Assembly (NCBI GenBank): GCA_010405405.1
Contig: MU004238.1
Span: 1,313,530-1,377,529 of the forward strand
Direction of reading: 5' to 3'
Source of the DNA: Microthyrium microscopicum
Taxonomy: Eukaryota
Length of the DNA stretch: 64,000 bases
Shown here: positions 24,772 through 39,382 of the stretch, one piece after another
How positions within the stretch are numbered: the stretch's first letter is position 1
Layout of the letters: every line of letters starts with the position of its first letter
The notes under the pieces: generated by a model
What the model saw: only the letters and a program-made list of their open reading frames with translations
Database searches by the model: none
Told to the model about the DNA's origin: nothing
Program-made: the position numbers and the translations under genes

Positions 24772-25887
24772 ATGGCTGCTGTACAAGAAGTTCAGCAAGA
24801 GGATGGTGCTGCTAGACTGGGCAAAGATTTATTCTCCGGGGCTATGGGTGGCATTGCACAGGTTCTGATAGGTATGATATTCTCGCCGACAACTCATGGC
24901 ATCATCAGCAACACGCTATCAATTGTTATGAGTACATAGCATAAAGCTAACTTACAGACAGGCCAGCCATTTGGTAAGATGTTTTAATACAAAACGATGG
25001 GATTGTTTTCAGGATTCTGACCATTCACGCGCTCAGACATCGTCAAAGTCCGCCTCCAAACAACCCAAGAATACAAAGGCGCCATAGATTGCGCCTCCAA
25101 AATCTGGTCCCACGAAGGTCCTCTCGCCTTCTACAAAGGCACCCTCACACCCCTTCTCGGCATCGGCGCCTGCGTCTCCGTCCAATTTGGCGCATTCCAC
25201 TATGCCCGCCGGTCTCTTGAAGCGCGCAACTCAGCCAGCAACCCACTCGCTCCAGGCACACTCTCGCTCGGCCAATTCTACCTCGCAGGAGCGTTCGCTG
25301 GCCTCACCAATACCGTTCTTAGCACGCCCATTGAACACATTCGCATACGTCTGCAAACGCAGCCACACGATCCTGCTCGCCGCTTGTATAGCGGACCTGG
25401 CGACTGTATTCGAAAACTGTACCGAGCTGATGGCCTGCGTGCGATATTTCGTGGAAGTGGGGTGACGAGTTTGCGGGAGATGCAGGCTTATGGCATGTGG
25501 TTTTTGACCTTTGAGGCGCTGATGAATGCGGATGCGAAGCGTACTGGCGTGGAGCGCAAGACTATTGCGACGTGGAAAGTTGCGCTTTATGGTGGGCTCG
25601 CGGGCGAGGCGCTATGGTTGGGGAGCTATCCGCTGGATGTCATCAAGAGCAAGATGCAGACGGATGGGTTTGGCGGCGCGCAGAAGTATCCCTCGATGAG
25701 GACCGTAGCGGCAGAGATGTGGGCGCAGGGAGGAGCGAGGGCGTTCTGGAAGGGTATTGGACCGACGCTGGCGAGAGCGATGCCGGTTAGTGCTGGGACT
25801 TTTGCGGTGTAAGTTGACTCCTTGTGTGCTTGATTGTTGAGTACTGACATTGGTAGGGCGGAGATGACTTCGAGGTGGTTGGGATGA
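24772..25887 (+). CDS. Mitochondrial carrier family protein, YMC1/YMC2-like (4 exons)
   Basis: Exons 24772-24871, 24962-24973, 25037-25808, 25857-25887 with GT-AG introns. Carrier signatures GQPFDIVKVRLQ, TPIEHIRIRLQ and YPLDVIKSKMQ. Confidence 0.9.
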
Positions 25888-26458
25888 TACGAGGCTCTAG
25901 GTTGAGTAGTTTGGTCATGTACAATACGTTGGGGCAACCCAGATCATTCGACTTTGCATAACTCATGACGGATCTCACAGGTTTTTCGGACTGTAAAATT
26001 CGCTTGATTGCAGATGCTCTGTTCTGTCTGTTCCAAGAAGTACGACATATTCCATGGAGTGCGATAATTCCCAGCGAGTGCGATGTTCCTCAACGAGTGC
26101 GATACCCCCATTGCGTTCGCTAATCTATCAAAGTCTGAATACGGGGTATTTTTCAAACATGATCGCCAGGAAGAGTTTGACCTGCACAGCGCACACGTGT
26201 TGTTCTATCTAACGTGTTTTGAGGTATTCCACAAGTCCACAGAGCCACCTCTCGAAACAATGAATTCTGAGATGCCAACACAGCCTTGATATGTGTTCAT
26301 TATGAGTTCACGTTATCGCCAAATGGCAAAGCTATTCCAGCAATTTGAAGAAGCCAACACACTACGTCTTCTTACACAGTAGGCGGCAGGCCTTGTATAT
26401 GAAAAACACCTTTTCCTTACGTTCATCATGAAACGAGTTAGTCCTACCATCCAACAAC

Positions 26459-27841
26459 ATGGCAAACCCAAACAAGAATCAGCTATCTCTCCTGGATTCC
26501 GATGTCGCGGACGCGGTATCAAGCCGTAGAGCTTGCCGATTTGATAAACTGCCCGTGGAGATTCTGAGACTGATCATCATTGCTGGACTACCATACAGTG
26601 TTTACAATCTCATGAGAGTTTGCAAGAGGTTCAGGGAAGTTATGGTTGAGCCAGGAAACGGTAAGATATGCCTGCTCGTGGTGATTGTCTGTATAGATGA
26701 TGGCTCCCATTGTACTAGAGTACGCGATGGCGTTTGACCGCGACAATTGATTTATTCATTTACGGCGTCGCATTACTTCCGTAGCGACATTGTACTGACA
26801 ACTACAGGCTACGTAATGAAGATCCAGCTCGAATTTTATCACACAGCTTTTCGCATTTGTTTTGCCAACAGAACGCACAATCCTGAAAACGATGATGTGA
26901 TCTCTACAGTCCTTCTATGGAAGCTTCTTCATCAACCTAATTTCGCACGTCTGGAACATGACGCAAATCATCACGAGATTAGCAGATTGAGGCTGTCATT
27001 GCTGGGAGCTCACTTCTATCATCAGCAATATCAACAGGTTCTGGTCACTGACTTTTCCAATGGAATGCAAGGCGTTCTAAGCAACGCAATTACCCCTTTT
27101 CGAGATGTTTACGTTCAGCGATTGCGTTTTCAACTCACAAAGGATGTCAACAAACGGCCGAAAGCTTTCGAGACTCTGGGATTGCAGTTCTGCTCAAATC
27201 TGCAGCTTCTTCATATTGATATGAAAACCGCGAAACTAATGAGCGTATGGCTCAAAGATATTTCTCTGTCAAAACTTCTTGGCTCTTCTTCCTTTTCGCG
27301 TCTGCATACATTAATCCTCGACAGAGAGGTAGTATGTCGAAGTTCCATGTCTATGCAGGATATCGCAGCGTTTCTGAGCCTTCCAGCTTTACAGCACCTC
27401 TTTGTGATCGGTAGAACCAACGACTATACTCACAAATTATGCACCCACGGCGAACGTGACATAGCAGATACTTGCGCAGTCGAAAAGCTCGTGGTACCCC
27501 TTAAGGATATCACTACTCAGTGGCAAAAGATCAAAACGATCGCGTTTACTGGAGCTGATCACTTCATGAGCTTGGACAACATTCTAGAGCTAATTAGCGC
27601 TATAAAAGGTCTAAAAGCAAGCGTCCAATGGCTCAATTATCCAAAGCGAAGCGATTTTAAGCGTCCGATTCGAGGATTCTTCTTCAATACCGAGAAACAT
27701 GAAGCCGTTTTCCGGTTTGACCCCATGGATCGCGAATCAGTGAGTCAATTGGATAATGAGCTGACATGTGCGTTGAGAAGAAGTCATGCTAACGATTATC
27801 ACCTAGATCAAACCACAACCTCTGTTGCTTCCAATGTATAG
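26459..27841 (+). CDS. F-box domain protein
   Basis: N-terminal FDKLPVEILRLII...LMRVCKRFREV. Intron 26661-26807 (GTAAGA..ACTGAC..CAG) joins in frame to the 364-aa ORF, which has Leu-rich repeat-like segments. Confidence 0.75.
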
Positions 27842-28430
27842 TAGGTCCGGCCGTCACTCATTGGTCCCTCTACCTCGCCCTTCTAGGAGATATCGCTACA
27901 AGGACAACGGAGCTTGACAGGATGCTCCATTGTCGAAGTGATAGTCAGCACCCGGTATGCTACTCAGATATGTTACACCGCATTCACCGAGGCGACTACC
28001 CTATGATTCAGACGCAAGAAAAGAAAGGAAAGAAAAGGAACGGGAAGGACTCACTCCCAGACGTTTGAGATGTGTACAATATTGAATAGAATTACATGGA
28101 GACATGCGACCGACAGACAGGACAATTGAAGTGCACCCATCACCTTCTTTGACTGCCATCCGCTAGCTTCTGTCATCATCTACTTTGGTTCCTATCGAGC
28201 GCGAGCAGTCGAAGGGATCGTGTCATTCAGTATGTCGGTTCGTTGACATGCCAGTAGCATTGCATAGACTCTGCGCGAACGTCACTATTGAACAATCTCT
28301 TGATATATTGTGCTTTATTCTGTTCATTTGTATCATGATTACGTAGCCTGTAATATTTTTCCAGCAAAATCTACCAAACACGTCCCAAAATGCCAACATG
28401 ATCATACACTTCTCCATAAACCTCAGACAT

Positions 28431-31395
28431 TCAAGAACTTGAAGCCTTGACAACCACAAAGCTCCCCTTCAGCTCACTCCGCGCACAAGCAGCACCCACA
28501 GTTCCCAAACATCTATCTACCTCATTGATATCACCTCCGTGGTTCTTGGCCAGGCCTCTCAAGCCCCAATTCCTGCCAACAACGACCAAGTTATTCGCCT
28601 TCTTTGGCAGCATCTCGCTATCACTGGTGGCACGAGCGAGCACTGCACCAGCTACTTCCGTAGCAGAATCGGCGTGTAGTTCAGTGGTCTCAATGGTCAC
28701 TCGGGCAAGTACCTCAGCTGCTAGATTGGCCTGTACCGATTCGAAAAGTGCCGTGTCCCGCGTGCTGTCCTCTGGTCGTATCAACGGTGCAGGCATAGCA
28801 GACACTGACCGGTCCATTTTTGTGGTGTTTGGCGTTGTGGTAGTGTTGTTCTTTGCAAAAGTTATTTCGTCGTCGTCATCGTGTGTTTCGTCTATGTCGC
28901 TTTGTAACACAAACCGTACAATGGTAGCGGTACATCCTTTTTCGACCATCTGCATACTTATCCCGAGGGCAAGCATATCATCAGGCCCTCCAAAGAGAGC
29001 ACAAAAGACGTGCTTGATAGCCTGGATGGTGAGCGATGGCGCTGGAAGATCTCGCAAGTTAGACAGTGATCGGACAGACAGTGTCGACTTGGTGCGTAGG
29101 AGGGCGTGTGGGCGCCGATTTGCGCTGTCGGTCTGTAGTAAATGGTTGGCGTGCTTGGCCGAGCGACTGATGAAAATGGCTGTGTTACAGGGAGCGAGTT
29201 GGAGGGCACTAAGGACGAAGCGCGTGTATGGTCCTTCATAGACGACTTCTGAGCGCTGCAGATCAGCGTTCTCGCTTAAAGAACCAGATTCGGACCAAGG
29301 GATAAACAGGAGGTCTGTGGAGTAGTTGGAAGCGCGGTTGATTAGGGTATCGGCAAAGGAATCTTCAGGGACGACGTCGACTTCGCCGGAGGTAGGAACG
29401 TTGTAGATTTGGCCGAGAGTACGGAAGGTATTGACAAGAGGGTCGAGTAAGGCGTATTCGTCAACTTCGGAAACTTGCATGACTGAGGATGGCCGCTCGG
29501 TGAGGGAGATCAAACGGACGCCGTGGGCAGTTACACGGCGTACTGGTTTGACGTCTGGGTTTTGTTCGACGACTTGGCTTTTAGTTGGGTGGATTTGAGC
29601 TTCCGTGGTTTGTGGGCCGCTGAGGAGGTTCATGAAGGCGAGGATGGCCGGCATGTTGTCAAAGCGAAGATATACAAGCATTTTTCGTACTCTGGAGTTG
29701 TCGAGCTTCTCAGTTGCTAGGTTCGGTCCTCCAGATACGATATCATGAGAAACTGCTCCAGTAAGAGGCTCTTCGGTGTCCCAATCAATCTTACCCTGCT
29801 TCCAAAGGGCGAGTTTCTTCTGGTAGGCTGGAGGATACAAAGCATGTGTTAAAGGAGTAGTTGCGAATGTTGTAACCAAGGCCTACAAAAGTACCTAGTT
29901 AGCATAAACCTGCGACATGATATTGCAACAACTTGCCATAACAACAAACATGGAAAATGTTTGGACAGACAGAATCTTAGCATTGAGACCGATATTCTAG
30001 TAAAGTCAGCATTCCGGACCAAGAACAGGATTGTCTAAACTCTAGACTCACCAGTACGATCAACTCCACCAAGCCTTTGCAACTCATCAGACTTCCAATA
30101 GCAAAACTCTCCCTCCAAACCATCCCACAAGCTCTAGCCGAGAGACTAGCGCCAACAAACTTGCCAAAGAAAGCGACAGCGATAATACCAACCACGTATC
30201 CCCAGATCAGTCCTGTATTGAGCAAACCCAGATTTGTGCTAAGACCTGACAATGCAAAATATAGAGGCAAGAATAAAGCGCTCACCAGATCCTCCACCTT
30301 CTCCGTGACTTTGATGGCGAAACCACCTTCATGGGGGCATATTATACCTATGATGAAGGCACCGAAGATAGGATGCACACCAATCACGCCTGTGAAGAAT
30401 GAAGATGTGAGAACCAGCAGCAGAGTGAGCGCAATTACACCTTGAGATGGTCCGTCCTGGATGCTTCGTGTTCTATTGAGTACCCAAAGGAATGTTGGGC
30501 GCACTGCAAAGACGATGAATAGGATGTAGCCAACGAGAGTGAGTAGCACCCAGAGCGCAGTGATGCCAGATCCGGCGTTTACGAGGGCGACGCAAAGTGC
30601 GAGTAGCACCCAGCCTGTCACATCGTTACTAACACCCGCTGATAGCACTATGATGCCGACTGGGGTCTGAAGAAGCTTAAGTTCCGTCAAGATACGGCAT
30701 AGCACTGGAAAGGCCTATACATTTGTCAGTCGTTACTGCGTTCTTGGCCTTCAGGACCGACTTACGGTAATGGCCATAGCCACACCAACGAATAAACAGA
30801 AAGTTCCAAACGAGATAGGGACGGGCGCTGGAAATGTCTCATACAATCCCCAGGCAATTCCACAACCTAGCCCGAATGGGAGAGCCATTCCACCCAGACC
30901 TACACATAGCGCTTGTCGCCAATTACTGAATAGGAATCGCACATCGACTTCAAGGCCAACAAGGAAAAGAAACAATATCAATCCAAGATTAGCTACCAAA
31001 CTCAGATTGGGCATAGCCTCTCTTGGAAATATCGTAGCAGTAAATTTCGGAATATGGCCAAATACTGATGGTCCGAGAATGATACCGCCAATGACTTCGG
31101 CAATGACACGAGGCTGTCGTAGCAGTGATAGCGGATAGTGAAGAAGTCGACATAATATGATGATTATTCCAGCCTTTTAGATGTTAGCTAACCTCAAAAT
31201 ACCACAACTTTAGATGCTGTAGGACAATGAGTGTACCTGTATTATAAAAATGATGATTGGATTTGACGAGTCGTATTTGGCAGGGTTTCCGTGCTCCAGG
31301 ATACCTCCTTGTGGTGCTGCGCGAACAGCACTTGTCGTCGCTGTCGCTGAGGCGGTAATGGTCTTGGTGACGGTCGTAGCTAATAGTGAAGACAT
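28431..31395 (-). CDS. KHA1: K+/H+ antiporter (CPA2 family, Kha1-like)
   Basis: Spliced ORFs with GLILFLFLVGLEVD, AITAFPVLCRILTELKLL, GVSNDVTGWVLLAL, LMSCKGLVELIVL and a long C-terminal domain. Introns ~31174-31236, ~30716-30766, ~29997-30050 and 29883-29936 (GC-AG). Confidence 0.9.
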
Positions 31396-32512
31396 ATTTG
31401 GGAACGACTGATTTGAGCCGCAGAAATAGTGGGCTAGTCACGACTCTCACGAGTGATTCGGTGGATCTTCAGACTGGAGAGGCTATGAAGGCTGAGATGC
31501 AACTGAATAGTTCGAGATTAGTAGCCACCGTACAGTTAAATATTGCGATATCAAGCCACCAAGTTATCTGATCGCATGAAGATGTTGGAGTAGTTCACGA
31601 CGATCGCTAGTAGACGTTGAAGAGTCTGGGGTAGGCACTGCGCAGATGATCGCCGCTCAGCCAAGCGGATCAATATAAAGACATAAGACGGTCCCCGAAG
31701 AGTCTAGATCTCGAAGTTGTGCACACCAAATTCACTGTCAACGAACAGGACTTGCCAAGTGTTGGATGGAGAGGAAGCTCGGAAGCTCTTTGGAGTGTTC
31801 ACCCACCAAAACTCGATCAACCAAGGGAGAGAGGGATTGGGAGACAAGGCTGGGTTGGTCGACCAGCACAAAGCACAGGATTCAGACAGCCATTCAAGAC
31901 TGGAGAATGAGCGCCTAAGCTCCAACTGGGCGGCGTGTTTTTGCCTAAATAGGCCTGTCATGAACGCCTCTGCTCACGCTTGCCCGCCTGGTAGCCGTTT
32001 GCTGCGTTTGAAGCCGCTGCATTTCTTAGTCTCCTCCACTAAGTCAGTGCCAACTGCATGCCAGATCCTCGGCGAGGGAGACGACTGCGGGCAGGATGCT
32101 CTGGAGGGCTGCTGTTTCAACTGTACGTGTTCTTGCAATCCAGATCCGCATGTTGAGGTAGAGATTGGAGAGAACAAGATCTTGATGCGAGCTAGGAATG
32201 TCCAGAGCCGCGTGACCAAGATCAGAATCATCGGACAAAATAAATTCGTATATCTTGTCTTTCACATGCCACGAAAGCACAACTGGCAAAGCGTTGGAAA
32301 GGTAGTTGTATAGTATGCATATTCCATTAATTCAAACAAGCACTCTTCCAGTCGTACAATCTATAAAAAGTTGATCTATCTAGTCCACCTTAGGACCTAC
32401 TATGCCATGAGCCTACCCATGAGGCTGTATATGGTGCAAATATACAAACACCGCCCATCCAAACTCCACTAATGACCACTTCATGATCTTACAAACTATC
32501 GCCAGTGTCCGT

Positions 32513-34295
32513 CTATAGCTTCGCGCCCATAAACTCATGCACCTTGAGTGCCTGCCGGATACTGAGATCCAACATGATCTCTTCCGAACCACCTGGAATC
32601 GCATATGCTCGTACATCACGATACAACCGCTCCACCTTTCCACCCTGTCCGCCACGCGTGTACGAAAGCCCACCAAAGATCTGCGACGCTTCACGCGCGC
32701 AGAACTCAAAGGTGACCGTCGACTGCGCCTTGAGACCAGCAATAGCACCGCCCAACTTCAACATAGCTTCCGTCTCGCCCATAACCTGGCACTGGTACAT
32801 CATCTGTTCCAACCAAGCCCAACTCGCTTCTATTTGACGAGCCATATGCGCAAACTTGAGGCGAATGACTGGGTGTTCAATGAGTTTCTTGCCAAATGTC
32901 TTGCGCTTGTGTGCGAATTTCATGGCTTCTTCGTAGCAGACACGTGAGAAGCGCAGACATTGGATGATGATACCGATACGTTCGTGGTTGAAGTTTGTCA
33001 TGATGATGTTGAAGCCCTTGTTTTCTTTACCCAGGAGGTTCTCAACGGGGACTTTGACGTCTTCAAAGGTGATGTAGGTGGTGCCGGAGGACCATACTCC
33101 TTGACAGTCCATTCGGCGGGTGGTGACACCGGGGCCGCGCTCGATGAGAAGCATGGAGACGCCGCCCATGCCTTTGCCGCCGGTGCGGACGGCGGTGGTG
33201 AAATAGTCGCACCAGATACCGTTTGTGATCCACTAAAATTGGCTGTTAGTAAGAGATTCGTGAGTGCATAGGAGTTGCTTCATACCTTCTTCTCGCCATT
33301 GACGATATAGTGTTTACCATCCTCCGAAAGCTTCGCTTCGCACGTGAGCTGAGCAACATCGGATCCAACATCAGGCTCAGTGATAGCCAGGCAAATTCTC
33401 TTGTCTCCAGCCAAGATACCAGGCACAATACGATCCTTTAATGCAGGCTTACCATATTTTAAGAGTGGTGGGCCACCAATGCCAAAACCGCCAATCAAGT
33501 TCCAGACTAGACCACCAGATGCAGCGCGAGAGATTTCATCAGTGATGAGAAGCTCATGGAACAAGTCCCAGTTCTCAGCGGGTACACTGGCGCAACACTT
33601 GCCACCTGTGTATTGGGTGGGATATTTCTCTGAGCCCATAAGACCAGCGAGGTAGCCACGTTGACCCATTTCTTTGTATATTTCTGTAGGAATCATCTTG
33701 GCTTCTTCCCACTCGTCTACGAATGGCATGATCTTCTCCTCTACCCATTCGCGAACTTCGGCTCGGAGATCGGCATGGCTTTGGTTGTAGTATTGGCTGT
33801 GATACTAGAACACTACCGTTAGGATGTTATTCGTAATTTGCTGCGCATAGACTTACTGATTGATACCAATGTGGGTCAGCATATGGGATCAAATCACCAA
33901 ATGGTTCCAGAGCTTCTGATTCCTGTTTAGGTTCGGAGCTGCTCGCTGCCTTGGCCGCTGGCTTTGGAGCCGCCTTGGGAGCAGCGGGTTTTGCGGCAGG
34001 TTGAGGCTTGGTGTTGAGTGACCCGACTTGTAGCTTTGGCTTGTACTTTTTAAGGATTGATTCGTTGTGGTATTTCCAGAATTGCTTTGATGCATCCTTA
34101 CCACCGACGCGCTGAAGGACTGCGGAATGAGGTTAGAGAGCACTAGATGACAGAGATAATCGGCTTACTCTTCTTGCCACCGGGATGCTCATCAGCAAAA
34201 GTTGTTACATCGTAAACATCTTGATCGACGATAACATATAAGCTTTCAGCCTTGTTGTGGCCAGCGACCTCTTCGGCAGAGAATACTTTGGACAT
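32513..34295 (-). CDS. Acyl-CoA dehydrogenase with N-terminal cytochrome b5-like domain
   Basis: N-terminal VYDVTTFADEHPGGKK heme-binding motif; CLAITEPDVGSDVA, YIVNGEKKWITNG, QIFGGLSY and YAIPGGSEEI; several GT-AG introns. Confidence 0.92.
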
Positions 34296-35385
34296 GGTGA
34301 TGTATGTGAAGGAGTGATTGGAAGGGTTGTTAAAGAGACAAAGGAGAGAAGGGAGATGGCGGACAGGGTGGGTTATGAAGTGGCCGAGCTGACCACAGAA
34401 ATTGGCCGTAAGAGTAAGAATATATGGGGAAATGTAGAGTGGCAGGTGGTTGACATGTGAAGAAGCCAGCGGTAAAAGCGACGTCAGCCGATCACGAGGG
34501 TTGAAATGCTTGAAATGCTTCGGCCGGTGACCACCAGCACAGCCAGAATGGCTTGGTGTATTTTCTCAAAGCGGGATTTTTGCCTTCTACGGCGTCTATT
34601 GGTGGCGATGGAATATCGAGCTTATATAATCACTTAATCCAAACCCAATATAATTTGCGACTTCAGCGCCATTGCCAGATAAGGAGTACAGCGTCGAACT
34701 TTACAAACTGGGGAAACTGGCAGGTGCCAAAAAGTCAACACTTCACACGTGGCGCAGGAGGTGACATTCTGCGGAACATCGTTTGATGCTCATTATTGCT
34801 GCATGCGTGTTTGGAATATTTTGCTGCCGAGGTCGATTAGAAACAAGGATCTCCACGCTTTGTTTATTCCTTTGTTCGTCTGTCGTGTGCTCATTGATAT
34901 TATTTCGGGCTCTCACATGGAATCAACCTCTCTTGAGCCCCATGTTGCCATATCCCTGCTGCTCTACCCTAAGAAAACGCAAAGAACATTCAATAAATTT
35001 ATATTTCTTTAGAAGTCTAAAGGGTCCAACTCTTACATGATATATTTCCGTTTCGTGATCAGAACCTAGGGTGTCACAGAATAATTCATTGTTGAGCATA
35101 TATACAGGAGCCCACATATCTAACAGGTAGATCGAGCCTTTTTGGTTTTATAAAGCAGTTAGAATCACGATGCAGAACAGTCAAGGTTTGGCATTATAAT
35201 TTTATTGAGTATTACTCAACTCAATTCCCCGAATATCGCCAATCCATTTTAGATCACTCTCTACTTTGAGGAGTGATTATCTTCTATAATACATGCAGAA
35301 ACGACCGTCAATCACGTCAAGAACATATCAGCTGTTCTCCGAGGAAAATGTTCGTCGTTCGCTCGTGAGAAATCCAGGTCACTTT

Positions 35386-38300
35386 CTACCGCTGCTGAAA
35401 TCCATATGGCTGTGGAGGCTGAAATCCTTGAGGAGGTTGTTGATATCCCTGCCCGCTACCAATCCGCGCCATAGGCTGAGCTTGATGCTGTCCTTGCGTC
35501 AAGTTGCAATGCCTAAGTACTTTCATGATCGCTGTTGGCGGTATGCCAATGTGGGCGGACTGTTCAGCACGCGGCAACATGCTGAGGAAGATGTTGACAT
35601 CGCGAGGCAGTGATGGGGCAGCTTGTTGGTTGCCTTTGGCAGCGTTCACCCGTCGGCCGGCGGCACCTTTGAAAGGCGATTCTCCTCTAGGATACTTGCG
35701 CGGGTGGGCCTGCTCGTCGGATGGATCGGCTGCGAATGGTCGTTTTGGTGACAGACGTGGTTGTTGGTCGGGAAGGTTTAGATGGGCGTTGGTTGGTCGT
35801 GGAGAGAATGTCGGAGGGGAGTCTTGGTGAATGTGAGGAGAATGTTGCTCGATAGACTGGAATATTTTGGGTCTCATTTGAGCTGGGAGAGATATGACGG
35901 GGCGGACTGATGTGGGGTCGAAAGGCTTTTGTAGCGGAATGGATGTGTTGAATCGATGAGAGAAGAGGTTTGCGGCGTCATTTGGGAAGAGCTCTTTCAT
36001 GCGTGCCTCGAGCTTGCGGATTTGCTGAAGTTCGCCGTAGTTTGACTCGTAACGATGGAAAAACATGTAGAGATTCTTCGCCTTGTGTATGTTTTGCGGG
36101 TCTTTTACCAGACGATTTACGACTGCTTCAAAGGTTGCTCGGGCGTTGGTATCGTCGTTGATATCCAACAAATGTTTGATGTACTCCAGTGCATATTCTT
36201 CATCCTCTGGAAAGAGCTTCATGCCTCGCTCAAAGATCTTTGTAGCCGCAACGTCCTTGTAGCAGTAGTGCTCAAGTAAAGCGCTCGCAATATACACGTC
36301 GCTGGTGAGCTTACCGCGTTTACGAGCTTGATTGAAAACGTGACGCATGCCGCCTTCTCCAATCTTGCCTTTGCCCTGGACACGACGAAGAGCTCGCATC
36401 AGTGCTATCCAGGTGTATGTGAGGGTCTTTTGTAACAGATCAACCTGGGCTTTGCAGCCGGCTTTTACGGCGTTGATCTGGGTGTTTTGCTGCTCCAAAA
36501 GCGCTTTTTGCGCCGCCTGCTGTTCATCTTCATTGTCCGCATCATCAATTGAGGACAATTGGGCTAGACGTGGAGCAAACGACTCCTGAATCCGCGCAAC
36601 GGAATTTGCTTCGCGGTCTGTGTTGACTTTGATCAAGTCATACAAAGCGTCGAGAAGCTTGTCATATGGTGCACGAACCTGATTACCGCGACGCTTCACG
36701 GCATCATCGCCGTCCTGATTCCCGGCACTGGTCATTTCGATTTGATCAGCATATCTAAAAGCAAGGAGACAACTCTCTGGATTCGCTTCTATTCCATTTT
36801 TAAGGAAGGCTTCGCCTTCTGTATCTTTGCCACTATTATAGCAGAACTCAGCAGCTTCGTACCAGAATTGAGGCTCGAAGCGCAGAGTGATCGTCGCTTG
36901 TTTGTAGACATGAAGGATTCGCCGCATATACTCCGCATGGTCATCGGGTCTCAAGTCGATAGGGTCGGTTTTCTCCCATTCGATCCATGCTTTCCACATT
37001 TTGACCTGCTCTTCATATTCAGTGTCACCGTCGAAACCTGGCTGGGGAGGGAGTCTGGGGATCGTGGAACGGTTTAGCTCTGCTGTCAATCTATGGAGTT
37101 GGAACCATGACTGTTTTGCAGAGAAATATGCTGGAGACTTTTCCTGGATGAATTTGCGGCCCTGGAATATTAGTTTTGAACACACAAACAATAAACGTTT
37201 GACTTACTGTGACATTATTAAGCTGAGTCTCAAACATATAATACTCTTTCCAAATGCTTTCCACCTGCTGAGTAGGGATTGCAATGGCTTGTCGATATGC
37301 CTTCCTGAGAGTATCCATCTTTTGCTGATCTTGCCAGCCAGTGCCTCCGGGTGTGCCTGGTCCCGACTTCAAGAAATCAATGTACTCTCGCCAAAGAACA
37401 CCTGCATCTTTGTCGATTCCTAGCGTTTGAAGAACGAATTCGTAGGCTTGTGATACTATTTGTCGTGCTTTTCCATCGGCGTCGTTGTTGAGGTTGTTTC
37501 TCCGTCGAACATAATCCAGATATTTTGACCAAAGCTGTACATGCGGTAGATGTACAAGTGCGCGATGGAATATTGAATCCACTCGAAAGAATTCACTGTT
37601 TTCCAGTTCCATGTCTAACCATTGGATCCACAACTCTGCCTGCAAATAATTAGTCATCTCTCAGGTCAACATGAATCTCACTTACATCTGAGGGGAAGAG
37701 TTTGAAGTATCGGTCGTAGACAGCGCGGGCGTCATCAAACTTTCCTTTGCTTCGATACTCACTAATCAGTCCAAACCAAGCTTCAATATCGCCGCGAGAA
37801 TCTTCCTTAATTCGGTCTTCAAGGATTCCCACTGCGTCCTTTGACGATCTTGGTTTGGGTAGCGGCGACGCATAGTTTGCCTGATCACTTATCTGGGGAA
37901 GATTAGGAATAGGAGGAGTGGCAGTGGCACGGATGTCAGAAGGAAGAGAAGACGCAGAAACATTCAAAGTTGTGTTGACGTTTGAAGGCATGTCCTCAGT
38001 CTTTGGTATTTGTACATCAGAGGTATTCAGAGGCGTTCCTGTTGCAGAACGTTGTTCCTCTATAACGCCATTTCCACCATTCATGCCATTTGTGCCTACA
38101 GCAGGAACATCTTCTTCATCCTCGGATTCATCAACAATGAAACCACCTTTGGTTCGAGGGCCAGCCGATGGCACCTCATTCTCGACAGTATCGGAGGGTT
38201 TGGGTGCAGAGACGGGAAGCGCAGGGGTTACTAGAGCAGAAGGATCATAATCTTCATCCTCTTCTTCACTCTCGAGGGTCACATCACCGGCATCACTCGA

Positions 38301-38402
38301 CTCAACCTGCTCAGTATTTGACTCGGCTGGAGGATCTGTGGATAGGGCATTATCGGTTTGCATCGACTGCATAAAGGCGGCTTCATCGCCAAAGTCGGCC
38401 AT
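35386..38402 (-). CDS. RNA14: mRNA 3'-end processing factor Rna14/CstF-77 (HAT repeats)
   Basis: Three ORF segments joined by two introns (~37641-37685, ~37163-37207). HAT-repeat motifs LWSKYLDYVRR, LRKAYRQAIAIP, WKAWIEWEK and KIFERGMKLFP. Confidence 0.9.
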
Positions 38403-39382
38403 CGTAGCGGTGTTTGTTGTGGTATTCGCGATGAGAGGGGTATAGGTGCAGACAAGCAATTTCTTGACTTTGCGAGCTTGCGCGGAACGTAAGGAAGAGG
38501 TAGGATAACAGAGACCCAAGGCAAAGAACCGATAAGCGCCAAACAGAAAGACTTGATGGAATTAAGTAGTGGACGATGGAGAATAATGTGGAAAGACGAA
38601 GTGTGATGAAAGAGTTAGATGGACTGAAAGGTGGTGCGGTGGGCGATGACTGGAGTAACCTTTGTGAAAGTGAAGTTGGTTGTTGCTAGTCGAAGTGAAG
38701 CTTAGCGCCGCTAGCGCCTCCTTAAGCGCACCATAATGCGATGTCTTGGTATTGACACAATGAGGATTGAGAGCCGCTGCCATGAAATTATAAGCAGCCG
38801 TTATTGAGATAGTTCTGACAAATCTTAATTCTCAAAATCCATTACGATCATAGGTTTTCGAAATTTGAATTTGAATGCTCATCTACCTCAACTCTGTTCA
38901 ATCAACCTCCATTTACATTCCACGAAGAGACTGATGACCCATGAAAGCCAGGTCTGCACTTGGATTATGAAGCGAATAGTTTGCTGTTTCTGAAACGAAG
39001 CAGTTGGAAGCTCTATATATGGAGGCTATGCGAGGATATGCTCCAGCAATAATTCCAGAAACACTAGAGAAAGTACCTAAAATACAGTACTAGATAAACC
39101 GCGAAATAGTCAGGCCGTGTTGCAGGGTTCTTTGCTACATCAGATGTCAAAATCTTTACAATTTCTAAATACCTTAAACCTGCTGGGAGTCTGTTTCTAG
39201 GTCCATCAGAAATGGTGAAGGAGAGCAACAGCAAACGATGCATATTCATATGCAGCGCCAAACGTAAGGCTGAACGAGCCTTGTGCTAGTCCCATATTGG
39301 CCTAGCTCACCCGAGGCTCCTCATGATTTCTAAAAAAGTTCAAGACTCGTGAATACTGTTCCTTTCTCATCATGGCGCAGTC

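Noticed and set aside
28447..29241. 264-aa plus-strand ORF
   Set aside because: Antisense shadow of the antiporter C-terminal exon; no motif.
31704..32313. 198-aa plus ORF and two in-frame minus ORFs separated by one TGA
   Set aside because: No recognisable domain, weak starts and no clear splice support; readthrough or pseudogene status cannot be supported.
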